From an uncultured Bacteriovoracaceae bacterium (GTDB lineage Bacteria; Bdellovibrionota; UBA2428), in contig CAZSSP010000005.1 in the NCBI GenBank assembly GCA_964609695.1, positions 69,345-133,344 on the forward strand: a stretch of 64,000 nt of DNA. Reading direction: 5' to 3'. Shown here piece by piece: positions 1-9,402 of this stretch. The notes below the pieces were generated by a model. That model saw only the letters and a list, made by a program, of their open reading frames with translations, was not told the origin of the DNA and ran no database searches. The position numbers and the translations under genes are program-made. Position 1 is the first letter of the stretch; every line of letters starts with the position of its first letter.

Positions 1-608
1 TTTAAATCTAGCAAAAGCACATCGCTCAAGCGAAGTTCTATACTGAGTTTATTTAATTTTGGATTATACAAAAAAGGCGATTCCGCGTCTTTAACTTCGG
101 CCAACTTTGGCATGAGCTTGGGTTCAACAATTTCATAAACTTCAGACGAGGATCTTTTATGACTATAATAGCTTAAAGCAAAAAAACCTGCGTTTCGGTG
201 ACTCAAACCCACCCACAATGTTGAACGTATAGCTTCGGGCATTTGTGCAGCAGCGGCATGAGCAACCCTATCGACTTCAGTCCTGGCTTCTTCTGCGTTT
301 TCGCCCCAGGGAAATTCCACCTCATAAAAAACCTGACGATCGCCGTATTCACCACTCACTCTTTCAACACTAAGCGAGCCTTTTTGAATGGACTTAATTT
401 GTCGCTCTAAACTCTCGCCATAAGATTTATAAAATTCGCCAGGTGACATATTGCCCACCTGAATTTGAATAAATATTTTTGGTTTGCTGGTGTTCGGGAA
501 CAGATAAACAGGAAGTTTGAAAAAACTAAAAACACCTAAAAAAGACAAAATTATAAAAACTAAAAAAACTTTTTTAGGTGAAGAATATAAAGATTCTAAA
601 GAAAACAT
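1..608 (-). CDS. Efflux RND transporter permease subunit (AcrB/HAE-like), N-terminal ~202 aa; gene runs off the window start
   Basis: Not in the ORF track. ATG at 608..606; I checked the frame codon by codon and it is open to base 3. Translation MFSLESLYSSPKKVFLVFIILSFLGVFSFFKLPVYLFPNTSKPKIFIQIQVGNMSPGEF has the TM1 plus LPxxxxPxxxxPxI start typical of RND pumps. It begins 2 nt after the stop of the adaptor gene. Confidence 0.65.
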   Translation of the reverse strand, partial: MFSLESLYSSPKKVFLVFIILSFLGVFSFFKLPVYLFPNTSKPKIFIQIQVGNMSPGEFYKSYGESLERQIKSIQKGSLSVERVSGEYGDRQVFYEVEFPWGENAEEARTEVDRVAHAAAAQMPEAIRSTLWVGLSHRNAGFFALSYYSHKRSSSEVYEIVEPKLMPKLAEVKDAESPFLYNPKLNKLSIELRLSDVLLLDL

Positions 609-609
609 T

Positions 610-1521
610 TTAGCGAGCTAATCCATCTTCAGATTGTGCTTTTTCTTCAAATATTTTCACAATCTCGCCATCTGGGACATAGCGACTCGCCCGCATTACG
701 ATAGCTTCTTGATCTTGAACACCCTCAAGAATTTCAATTTGTTCAGCTTGTTGCTCTCCAACTTTAACTTCTTTCCAACGAAGTTTGCCGTCGATAATTT
801 TGCGCACAAAAGGTTTATCCTGACGATAGACAACAGAATCCGCATCCACCCAGATACTGGATTCAGCCTTAAAAGTTAAACGCAAAGAAGATACAGCTCC
901 AATACTTAATCCCCCTGGAATTTTTTTATTTTGAAATTGAAAAACGGCCTGAGCTGTTCCCGTTTCAATATTTAAGGAGGGTGATAATTGAGTGAGTTTT
1001 AATTCTATTTTGGGATCGTCTACCCACACCACCTTGTCCAGCTTTTGCAAACGTATTAAATCACGACCCGGAACTTGCACCAACAATTCCACAGAAGTTT
1101 CATCAATCAATCGAACGAGCACATCTCCAGTCTGAACCAATGAACCTTGAGCAGCCATCATTTCAGAAATTCGCCCATTCATTGTAGCTCTTAAAAAAAA
1201 CGGTCTATACTCGAAGGCAGGATCGTTATGACGTATTTCTAAAAGAGCCTCTCCCTTAGAAACTTTATCCCCTACATTTTTCAAAACTTTATAAACTGTT
1301 CCAGAAAGACTTGTCTTGAGTGAAGCATTAACTTTAGACAAAACGATTGCAGGGAGCTCAAGAGCTTCAGAGTTTTGCTTTTTGGTGGCCTTCTCCAAAA
1401 AGACTAAGGCCGTTTTATCTTCAACGTTAACGGTAGAATCGGAAGTTTTACTACAACTCCAAATTGCAAAAAGAAAAAGGATTACAAAGGAATAGCCACC
1501 CATCACCCCAAGACTTAACAC
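610..1521 (-). CDS. Efflux RND transporter periplasmic adaptor (membrane fusion protein, HlyD family)
   Basis: 303 aa. N-terminal signal/lipobox-like FAIWSCS. Lipoyl-like hairpins GTVYKVLKNVGDKVSKGEALLEI and GRISEMMAAQGSLVQTGDVLVRLID. Immediately upstream of the RND permease ORF. Confidence 0.7.
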   Translation of the reverse strand: MLSLGVMGGYSFVILFLFAIWSCSKTSDSTVNVEDKTALVFLEKATKKQNSEALELPAIVLSKVNASLKTSLSGTVYKVLKNVGDKVSKGEALLEIRHNDPAFEYRPFFLRATMNGRISEMMAAQGSLVQTGDVLVRLIDETSVELLVQVPGRDLIRLQKLDKVVWVDDPKIELKLTQLSPSLNIETGTAQAVFQFQNKKIPGGLSIGAVSSLRLTFKAESSIWVDADSVVYRQDKPFVRKIIDGKLRWKEVKVGEQQAEQIEILEGVQDQEAIVMRASRYVPDGEIVKIFEEKAQSEDGLAR

Positions 1522-1613
1522 GGCACATCATTAGGGTCAAAAGTATCCTATTTTGTCTAATCTTTGACTCTAAAAACATTCCCAAGTGACTGAAAAGACG
1601 AGATAGTTATCCT

Positions 1614-2873
1614 ATGGCAAAGCGTAATCTTTTTTACATCTTAGCTCTACTTTTAAGCTTGAACTGGTCGGCATCAGCGACGACGGACAATCCCGAAGAA
1701 GAGGGCCTATGGTTTTTTGGAGGTCTCGGTGGAGGTTACGCCACTGTTTCAAGCTCTGCCTCTGTAAAAAGCACAAGTGGTTCTAACGGCACCTTCAAGG
1801 AACTTTCCAGCAAAAGTGGTTGGGATGCTTTTGGAAAAGGATCTCTTTCATTTTACACACAAAAATGGGCCACCGATTTTGGATTTGGATACAGCATGCA
1901 ACAATTCAAATATAAAAATCTTGATCCCGATCCCATTGCCAAAGGAAACGCAGCCACCACATCCAAAGTGAATCTCACGATGACTTTGCGAAATCTCTAT
2001 TTTGAACTGAGCCCCCGATATCGTCTCAACGAATCCTTTCAAGCGGGCCCCTATCTGCAATTACACTATGGCTCTGATGTTGGTCACAGCGAATCTCCAG
2101 CAGCGTCTACGAAATCTTTAATTTATTATGGTGCGCATTTGAATTACGATAGGCCCATCAATCTCAATTGGATTATGCGATTAGGGCTCCAAGCCTATAT
2201 GGATTTCAACGAATCCAGCCGAAGAGCCATGCAATTAAATGGACTCATCGAATTTGGTGTCGCTCTTGGCGGTGAACGAAAAGAAGCTCGAAGGGAAGCT
2301 GTTGAAGAAGTTCCCCCTCCTCCACAAGAAGAATTTAAAGACGATTCTTTGATTGCTGAAGAAGTGGCCCCTCCGCCTCTTCCCATCGTAGAAGAAGCTC
2401 CTCCTATGCCTCAAGTTAAAGAGACAGGATTTCAACAAATTCTAGTCACTCTTCCTTCTGATAAATTTCTATTTGATACAGGAATGTCTCACATTCGCAA
2501 CAAACAAACTCGCGCCTACTTAGGAGAATATGGCGATATTTTAAGTCAAAATAAAAGTCAGTGGAAAAAACTGGAAATCACTGGCCACACCGATAAAAGA
2601 GGAACAAGAAAAGTGAATCGAGTGCTCTCAAAAGCTAGAGCCAAAACTGTTTACGATATTTTAGCCAAAGCTGGAGTTCCCAAAAACAAAATGACTTATA
2701 AAGGTTTTGCCTTTGACAAACCCGTCGACAGAAGAGGAACTCCCGCAGCACTGGCCAAAAATCGTAGAGTGGAAATGCAGTTCACAGGAGTCAAGGCCAC
2801 TCAAGATATGGTTAAAGATATTGAAGAATTAAATGCTCGTTACGGTTTCAAAGCGGGAAGCGGAAAATATTAA
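1614..2873 (+). CDS. OmpA family outer-membrane protein (beta-barrel, Pro-rich linker, OmpA_C peptidoglycan-binding domain)
   Basis: 419 aa with a signal peptide. Linker VPPPPQEE..APPPLPIVEEAPPMPQ. C-terminal LEITGHTDKRGT..NRVLSKARAKTVYDIL..AKNRRVEMQF matches the OmpA-like domain. Confidence 0.85.
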   Translation: MAKRNLFYILALLLSLNWSASATTDNPEEEGLWFFGGLGGGYATVSSSASVKSTSGSNGTFKELSSKSGWDAFGKGSLSFYTQKWATDFGFGYSMQQFKYKNLDPDPIAKGNAATTSKVNLTMTLRNLYFELSPRYRLNESFQAGPYLQLHYGSDVGHSESPAASTKSLIYYGAHLNYDRPINLNWIMRLGLQAYMDFNESSRRAMQLNGLIEFGVALGGERKEARREAVEEVPPPPQEEFKDDSLIAEEVAPPPLPIVEEAPPMPQVKETGFQQILVTLPSDKFLFDTGMSHIRNKQTRAYLGEYGDILSQNKSQWKKLEITGHTDKRGTRKVNRVLSKARAKTVYDILAKAGVPKNKMTYKGFAFDKPVDRRGTPAALAKNRRVEMQFTGVKATQDMVKDIEELNARYGFKAGSGKY

Positions 2874-2916
2874 AAAAACCGCACGAGAAGGAAGCTAAGA
2901 GTGATTAGATCATGAG

Positions 2917-5814
2917 CTAAGCTCTGAGAAATTCTTCAACAGGCAAAGCGGAAGAGTTTTTTAAGGCTTCTAATAAAAACTCACCTGTGGGACCTTTTTT
3001 TCTTCTACCGACATCTTCGGGGGTTCCCTCATCGAGGACACTACCGCCGTATTTACCACCACCAGGACCAAAATCGATAACCCAATCCGCACATTTTACA
3101 AGCTCCATATTGTGCTCAATAACAACAACACTATTTCCTTGTTCTACAAGTTCATTAAGCACTCGTCCCAAAACCTTAACGTCGCTCACATGCAGACCTG
3201 TGGTCGGTTCATCAAGAATATAGAAAACGCCTTTGTTATCACTTCGCGACAATTCACGAGCAATTTTTAATCTTTGAGATTCACCGCCCGACAATGTGGT
3301 TGAAGATTGACCTAATCTTAAATAACCCAATCCCACTCGTTCCAATGTTTTTAGCGTGACGTTAAGCTTTGCTTGTGAAGCAAAAAAATTTCTAGCTTCA
3401 CTCACTGTTAGATTGAGAATGTCGTGTATGTTTTTTCCTTGAAAACGAATTTCAAGAACTTCTTTCGTGAATCTTTTACCTTCACAATGCTCGCATAGAA
3501 GATACATATCTTCCATAAAAAGCATTTCCACCCTAGTGTAACCTTCACCTTCGCAATGCTCGCAACGCCCACCAGGAACGTTGAAAGAAAAAAATCCCGC
3601 ATGATAATTTCGTTTTTTGGCTTCTGATAAATTTGCAAATAAACTTCTAATTTCGTCAAAGGCTTTCATGAAAGTTACAGGATTTGAACGAGAACTTCTC
3701 CCGATGGGTTGCTGATCAATTAACACCACCGATTTGATAGACTCAAAAGAAGAAATTTGATCAAAAATTCCGATCTCTTCAAAATCTTGCATAAATATTT
3801 TGGCTAAAGCAGGATAAAGGGTTTTTCTGACCGCTGTAGATTTTCCAGAGCCAGAGACACCCGTCACACAAGTCATAACCCCTAAAGGAATTTTCAATTC
3901 AACATCTTTTAAATTATGAGAGCGACAACCCTTAATTGAAAGCCAATTGGTGCGACGACCTTGGTCTTTAACCCGATCCAGTCTTCTTCTTTGAGGAATA
4001 GGGATATGGTCCTTGCCCGAAAGGAATCTCCACGTTGAACTTCCAGGAATTTCTTTCGACATAAAAGATTTCATGTCGCCCTGATACATCAACTCTCCAC
4101 CGCGCTCTCCAGCAAAAGGGCCAATATCTACCAAATGATCAGCCACTGAAATGATAGTTGAATCGTGCTCGACAACAACAACAGCGTTTTTAAGTGCACT
4201 CAAATCTCTTAAGATACTTATCAACTTCTCAGTGTCTTGAGGATGAAGTCCAATGCTGGGTTCATCTAAGACATAACATGTTTGAGTCAGACGAGAACCT
4301 AATTGGTTGGCGAGTGCAATTCTTTGCGCCTCTCCTCCTGACAAAGTTTTTGCCAACCGATTTAAAGTTAAATAACCCAAGCCAACTCTTAATAAGAAAT
4401 CTAACCTCTGAGTGATTTGAGGCAAAACATCTTTGGCTACTGCCGTTTCCGTTGAGCTCAATTTCAACTTTTGAAACCATAGAGCAAGATCTTCAACACT
4501 CATAGCACAGAGTTCAGAAATATTTTTCGAATGAAATTTTACAAATCGTGCTTCTTTACAAAGTCGTTCCCCACCACAATCCACGCAAAGCTGAGGACTT
4601 CTGTATCTTGAAATAAAAACACGAGTTTGAATTTTATATTTTTCATCTTCTAATTCAGCAAACATTCCCTTTATGCCTGCAAAATCTTTTTCACCATTCC
4701 AGACTCTGTCCTGATCTTTTTTTTCTAGATCCTTCCATCGCATGTTGAGGGAAATCTTTTTGGCCTGACAAAATTTCAACAAATCTCTCAACCAATCTCG
4801 AGCAGAAGGTTTTGTAAAAGGCTCAACGGCACCCTGAGAAATAGACAAATTTGGATTAGGAATCACCAAAGCAGGATCGAGAGTTAAAACATTTCCAAAT
4901 CCATGGCATCGCGCACAGGCACCCACGGGTGAATTGAAAGAAAAAAGTTGAGGACTGAGCTCAGGAAATCTTTTTTCTTCACCATCCACAGAGGGAAATT
5001 CCGTAAATGTTTTATGATCCAACAAATGATTGTCGTCATCTAAACTTAGAAAAATAGCGCGCCCTAAACCTTCTCGGTAAGCACCGACAATGGCTTCTTC
5101 TATTCGACCCCGAAACTCTTCGGAGGCTTCCATACGATCCACTAAAATCCAAGGCTTATTAATTCCAGAAATCTTATTGAGGATTCCGCCTTTTTTAAGC
5201 TTGATTTGATCTTCAATTTCTAAAAACTCTATAGGGCCTTTGGACTTTAACGCCTGAGGCATAAGTATTTTTGTAAAGCCACGCTCAAGATAGGAAGCCA
5301 ATAAACGAGCTCTCTCGTCGGGGGTTGATTGGGCTCTAACATCTAATGGAAAAAGCCAATAAATTTTCTGACCTTTATGGTCCTTTAAAATTTTTTCCAA
5401 AACATCAACGACAATATCTCTCTTAACTATTTTTCCAGTTTCTGGATCAAACATTTGCCCTAACTTAGAAAAGAGTAGTCGAAAATAATCGTAAATTTCG
5501 GTGGCAGTGCCCACAGTTGAACGTGAATTTTTTGTGTGATTTTTTTGCTCTAATGCAATAGTCGGACAAATTCCGCGAATATCATCGACATCAGGTTTTT
5601 CATGCTTAGCCATGAATTGTCGCGCATACGTGCTGAGGGACTCCAAATATCGGCGCTGACCTTCTGCAAAGAGAGTGTTGAAAGCTAAAGAAGATTTCCC
5701 ACTTCCCGATGGACCCGTAACGACACTCAAACGACCCTTAGGAAAACGAACATTGAAATTCTTAAGATTGTGTTGCCTGGCTCCAAGAACTTCAATATCT
5801 GAGGTGCTACTCAT
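2917..5814 (-). CDS. uvrA: Excinuclease ABC subunit A
   Basis: 965 aa. N-terminus GARQHNLKN..VVTGPSGSGKSSLAFNTLFAEGQRRYLESLSTYARQF. Second Walker A GVSGSGKST. Zinc-finger cysteines (CxxC pairs). Two ABC signatures LSGGE. Confidence 0.97.
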   Translation of the reverse strand: MSSTSDIEVLGARQHNLKNFNVRFPKGRLSVVTGPSGSGKSSLAFNTLFAEGQRRYLESLSTYARQFMAKHEKPDVDDIRGICPTIALEQKNHTKNSRSTVGTATEIYDYFRLLFSKLGQMFDPETGKIVKRDIVVDVLEKILKDHKGQKIYWLFPLDVRAQSTPDERARLLASYLERGFTKILMPQALKSKGPIEFLEIEDQIKLKKGGILNKISGINKPWILVDRMEASEEFRGRIEEAIVGAYREGLGRAIFLSLDDDNHLLDHKTFTEFPSVDGEEKRFPELSPQLFSFNSPVGACARCHGFGNVLTLDPALVIPNPNLSISQGAVEPFTKPSARDWLRDLLKFCQAKKISLNMRWKDLEKKDQDRVWNGEKDFAGIKGMFAELEDEKYKIQTRVFISRYRSPQLCVDCGGERLCKEARFVKFHSKNISELCAMSVEDLALWFQKLKLSSTETAVAKDVLPQITQRLDFLLRVGLGYLTLNRLAKTLSGGEAQRIALANQLGSRLTQTCYVLDEPSIGLHPQDTEKLISILRDLSALKNAVVVVEHDSTIISVADHLVDIGPFAGERGGELMYQGDMKSFMSKEIPGSSTWRFLSGKDHIPIPQRRRLDRVKDQGRRTNWLSIKGCRSHNLKDVELKIPLGVMTCVTGVSGSGKSTAVRKTLYPALAKIFMQDFEEIGIFDQISSFESIKSVVLIDQQPIGRSSRSNPVTFMKAFDEIRSLFANLSEAKKRNYHAGFFSFNVPGGRCEHCEGEGYTRVEMLFMEDMYLLCEHCEGKRFTKEVLEIRFQGKNIHDILNLTVSEARNFFASQAKLNVTLKTLERVGLGYLRLGQSSTTLSGGESQRLKIARELSRSDNKGVFYILDEPTTGLHVSDVKVLGRVLNELVEQGNSVVVIEHNMELVKCADWVIDFGPGGGKYGGSVLDEGTPEDVGRRKKGPTGEFLLEALKNSSALPVEEFLRA

Positions 5815-5868
5815 AACCTGTTGAGGTTAATTCGTGACTTTCACTCAGTAAAGACTAGATCCAAATGA

Positions 5869-6909
5869 TTATCGTGAACCTTTATGCGCAGGTAGAGTTT
5901 TTGGCGGAACTCGGTAAATGCCTTTTTTAATATCGTCTTCATCCATTAAAAGATCGCCCTTTTGAGGCATGGGCCCAAACAAGGTCTCCTGATTGAGATC
6001 TCCTGTTAAAAAGCGACCTTGAGCCTTGTAAAGATCCACTTTCATGGCCGATCCAACAGGCTCAACATAACCCTGGCCCGACTTGGTTTGAACAAATCGC
6101 ACGCCAGAACCCTCATCCTTAACACTCAATTTACCAGTATCATTCTTAACCTTGATATAAAGCTCGTCTTTCTCGTAATCATAAGACCAAAAATCAGCTC
6201 GCCCACCGAGATCCTTTTCCATTTTTTTTCCGAGTTCGGTATCATAAAACTCAGCATCCACAGGAGTTAAATTTATTTTCTCGGACTCCGCCTGTTTCAT
6301 TCGATCTTCTCTTGAACCACCATAAACACCAGGCATTTTTGGAGGAGTCACTGGTCCGGCCGTTAATGCATTGGCATCGCCAGGAGATCCCTCACCCGAA
6401 GATGCGCTCGCAGCAGCCTCATCCTTTGGACTGAAGGTCTTTAGTGCAGACAACACAGAGCGATTGGCATTGACGGAGGAATAAAAAAGATATCGACCAA
6501 TAGTGGCTAGACGGCCTTTCTGGGCCTCTACCGTGGTCTCAATATAAGTTCTATCTTTTGCCGTCACTGGAGTGCGATCGAGGACAGCTTCTCGAGTTTT
6601 TAGCTCTCTTGCCAATTGATTCTGAAGATTGACATAGGTTTTGTAATCAACGTTAAACTGCTTATAACGCGACTCCATAGATTTTTCAGGCAGTCGTTTT
6701 AAGCGTTCTAGGGTTATTTTTTGAAATTCCTTTTTTTCATCTTCATTAATTTCTGGAAGTAATTGAGGAACTTTTGAATATTCTTGAAGTAATTGAAAGA
6801 ACACTTTTATTGGAGCTTCGTTTTCATTTTCAGCCCATGAAACAGAGCACAAAAAACCAAAAAAAAGTGCAAAAAGAGGCGCTGAAAAACCCCTCAAACT
6901 CCGTCCCAT
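5869..6909 (-). CDS. Hypothetical secreted protein
   Basis: 346 aa. Signal peptide FSAPLFALFFGFLCSVSWA. No recognisable motifs. Confidence 0.6.
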   Translation of the reverse strand: MGRSLRGFSAPLFALFFGFLCSVSWAENENEAPIKVFFQLLQEYSKVPQLLPEINEDEKKEFQKITLERLKRLPEKSMESRYKQFNVDYKTYVNLQNQLARELKTREAVLDRTPVTAKDRTYIETTVEAQKGRLATIGRYLFYSSVNANRSVLSALKTFSPKDEAAASASSGEGSPGDANALTAGPVTPPKMPGVYGGSREDRMKQAESEKINLTPVDAEFYDTELGKKMEKDLGGRADFWSYDYEKDELYIKVKNDTGKLSVKDEGSGVRFVQTKSGQGYVEPVGSAMKVDLYKAQGRFLTGDLNQETLFGPMPQKGDLLMDEDDIKKGIYRVPPKTLPAHKGSR

Positions 6910-7036
6910 TGCACCAGTATAACAAACTTAACAATTCTAAAGATCTAAAAAAATCGTCAATAAATCCACTAAGACACTGTTAAGACATTGACTATCTTAC
7001 AAACATCGCCTTCAGTGGTTTAATAGGATCAAAAAA

Positions 7037-8158
7037 ATGAGCGAAGAAACCCCTCCGTCTGACGGCCTTCAAACCCCTGAAACCCTTGTCACAACACCTA
7101 TTGCTGTCGACTTCGGAACATGGCTAAAAGACCTTCGCCAAAAAAGAGGCGTTTCCCTTGAAGAAATTGCCGCTGTCACAAAAATTCACATCAGCCAACT
7201 ACAACATTTAGAAGAAAATCGATTTGAAAAACTTCCCTCTCCCGCCTTTGTTCGCGGTTTTATCGTTTGCTATGCAAAGCATATCAGCTTTGATGAAAAT
7301 GAAATTTTGCGACGCTACAAGGAAGTCACTCAACCCGAAGTTAAAGAAAGTGGTTTTCCAGGATTTGGCAATCGTGCGGCCGTCAGCACATCCAATCCAA
7401 AAGTAAAAATTGTAGAAACACCACAAATCAAACACTCTCCAGGATCAGATCCTCGCCCTGAAGCAAAAATTCCACTCTCAGGAAAACATATCGCCATAGG
7501 TGTCGTGATTGTTATTTTGTTTAGCACCTTGGCTTTTTTAGTATCTTTAGGAAAGAAAACTTCCAACACAGCCAACACGACAGCTCCAACGACTCAAAAC
7601 ACACCTGAAAATGCAGCTCCGACAACAAATCCGCCCACAACAACACCTGAAGCAAGTGCTCCCCAAAACGTTGGACCCCAACCTGTGAGTACGCCAAACA
7701 CAGTGACCCCTGTAACTACAAACACCGCTACTCCTACTCCTGCGCCAACGACTCCACCCGCACCTCAAGGAGTGGCGCACACTTTAGAGTTAAGAGGAAT
7801 TGAATCTAGCTGGATCAATGTTCGCGTTGATGGAAAAGAGTCACAAGGTTTCCAATTAGCCAATGGCGCCACTCAAAGTTTTCAAACTAGAAAAAAAATT
7901 GAAATTTCTTTAAGCAATGCTGGCGTTGTTGAACTCAGATGGGATGGCACTTGGTATGCACCTCCCGGATATCGCGGAGATGTAAAATCTTTTGTTCTTC
8001 CTGATCAACTTAAAATCCTAGCAGTAAAAGGAAAAGCTCCTGCCAAAGCTGCTGCCGTAGCACCTGCAGCGCCTAAACCTGCTGCACCTGCAGCTGCAAA
8101 TCCGCCACCTGCACAAGCAAATCCACCGGCCCCCGCAGCTCCAGCCCCTCAGCAATAA
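7037..8158 (+). CDS. rodZ: RodZ-like cytoskeleton protein (N-terminal HTH, one TM segment, Pro/Thr-rich linker, C-terminal DUF4115-like domain, Ala/Pro tail)
   Basis: 373 aa. HTH FGTWLKDLRQKRGVSLEEIAAVTKIHISQLQHLEENRF..LPSPAFVRGFI is typical of RodZ. TM segment IAIGVVIVILFSTLAFLV. Low-complexity T/P stretch. Confidence 0.75.
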   Translation: MSEETPPSDGLQTPETLVTTPIAVDFGTWLKDLRQKRGVSLEEIAAVTKIHISQLQHLEENRFEKLPSPAFVRGFIVCYAKHISFDENEILRRYKEVTQPEVKESGFPGFGNRAAVSTSNPKVKIVETPQIKHSPGSDPRPEAKIPLSGKHIAIGVVIVILFSTLAFLVSLGKKTSNTANTTAPTTQNTPENAAPTTNPPTTTPEASAPQNVGPQPVSTPNTVTPVTTNTATPTPAPTTPPAPQGVAHTLELRGIESSWINVRVDGKESQGFQLANGATQSFQTRKKIEISLSNAGVVELRWDGTWYAPPGYRGDVKSFVLPDQLKILAVKGKAPAKAAAVAPAAPKPAAPAAANPPPAQANPPAPAAPAPQQ

Positions 8159-8162
8159 TAAA

Positions 8163-9293
8163 TTAACCTACTTTTTTAGTGGGCTGAGTGACTTGCGAAC
8201 GCATACTTTGAGTTAATGTTTGAAGTTCTTTAGGCGCAAATTTTAAAAATAAATTTTTATCATTAGCGTTTTCCCAAGCATTTTTACCACTGATAACACC
8301 AGAGTTTGCTGCTTCTAATAAAACAGCGTCCAACAATTGCATTCCATCCTTCTTAGAAGTCTGCATAATAGAAGACAGCTGATAAGTTTTACCCTCGCGA
8401 ATCAGATTCGAAACCGCTGGAGTGTTTACTAAAATATCATGAAAACTAGCCATTCCACCTTGTTGAGTGGGTACTAATTTTTGCGATAAAACTACACGTA
8501 AACTCTCCGAAAGCATGGAGCGGATTTGGGGTTGCTGATCTCCCGGGAAAGAATCAATAATTCTATCCACGGCTTTAGCTGCAGAATTTGTATGGAGTGT
8601 TGCGAATACTAAATGTCCAGTTTCAGCTGCGGTTATGGCTAAAGCCATTGTTTCTGGATCTCTCATTTCTCCAACAAGCACAACATCTGGATCTTCACGA
8701 AGAGCGGCCTTAAGCGCACTCGAAAAACTTGTAAAATGAACTCCCAATTGGCGCTGATTCACCATCGCACGTTTAGTTTCGTGATGATACTCAATGGGAT
8801 CTTCTAAAGTAAGAATATGAGCTTTTTCATTTTCATTTATATAATTAATCATAGCTGCAAGAGTTGTTGTTTTTCCTGAACCCGTAGGTCCTGTAACAAG
8901 AACAAGCCCGTTAGAAAAACCACAAGCCACTTTGCAAATCATAGGCAATGATAATTCTTCCATACTGGGTGCGGTTTCTTTCAATGCACGAAACACAGCT
9001 GCTAGACCGTGTTTTTGGAAAAAAACGTTGACGCGAAAAATCCCCAAACCATTCACCTTAACGCTAAAATCTATGGATCGATCTTGGAGCAAAGAGTTTT
9101 TTTGAGTTTTATTTGTGATTTCATTTATGGCAGTTTCCATTTCTTGTGCCGTCAGGATGGGATGCTCTACTTTACAAAGCTCGCCTTTAATACGAATCAT
9201 TGGAGCACTTCCTGTCGACAAATGTAAATCGCTTCCCCTTTGCTTAATTAGCATTTGAAGAAAAGCCACCAATGGAGTGCTCATATCAAACAC
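8163..9293 (-). CDS. pilT: Type IV pilus twitching-motility ATPase PilT
   Basis: 376 aa. GSDLHL motif, Walker A GPTGSGKTTT, EDPIEY, REDPDVVLVGEMRD, TGHLVFATLHT and NLIREGK motifs. Confidence 0.9.
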   Translation of the reverse strand: MFDMSTPLVAFLQMLIKQRGSDLHLSTGSAPMIRIKGELCKVEHPILTAQEMETAINEITNKTQKNSLLQDRSIDFSVKVNGLGIFRVNVFFQKHGLAAVFRALKETAPSMEELSLPMICKVACGFSNGLVLVTGPTGSGKTTTLAAMINYINENEKAHILTLEDPIEYHHETKRAMVNQRQLGVHFTSFSSALKAALREDPDVVLVGEMRDPETMALAITAAETGHLVFATLHTNSAAKAVDRIIDSFPGDQQPQIRSMLSESLRVVLSQKLVPTQQGGMASFHDILVNTPAVSNLIREGKTYQLSSIMQTSKKDGMQLLDAVLLEAANSGVISGKNAWENANDKNLFLKFAPKELQTLTQSMRSQVTQPTKKVG

Positions 9294-9402
9294 TTATCGG
9301 CCTAAATCTGACATAGCTTAAATCACATAAATTAATAATCTTAACTCAATCTTAACCATCGTCTTGGGTCAGCCCTCCACTCATGTTATGTTTTTTGAAT
9401 CC

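Noticed and set aside
7553-7772. Repetitive-looking ACx/CCx DNA that might be a tandem repeat or array.
   Set aside because: It is imperfect, in frame, and encodes the Thr/Pro-rich linker of the RodZ-like protein. It does not have CRISPR-like repeat-spacer periodicity.
7547-7780. A 77-aa Cys/Arg/Ser-rich ORF antisense to rodZ. Similar antisense ORFs occur at 2195-2386, 26355-26951, 32426-32689, 59480-60358 and 63473-63736.
   Set aside because: These are shadow ORFs on the opposite strand of well-supported genes. Their odd composition mirrors the Pro/Thr/Ala-rich or conserved coding sequence. They have no start context or motifs.
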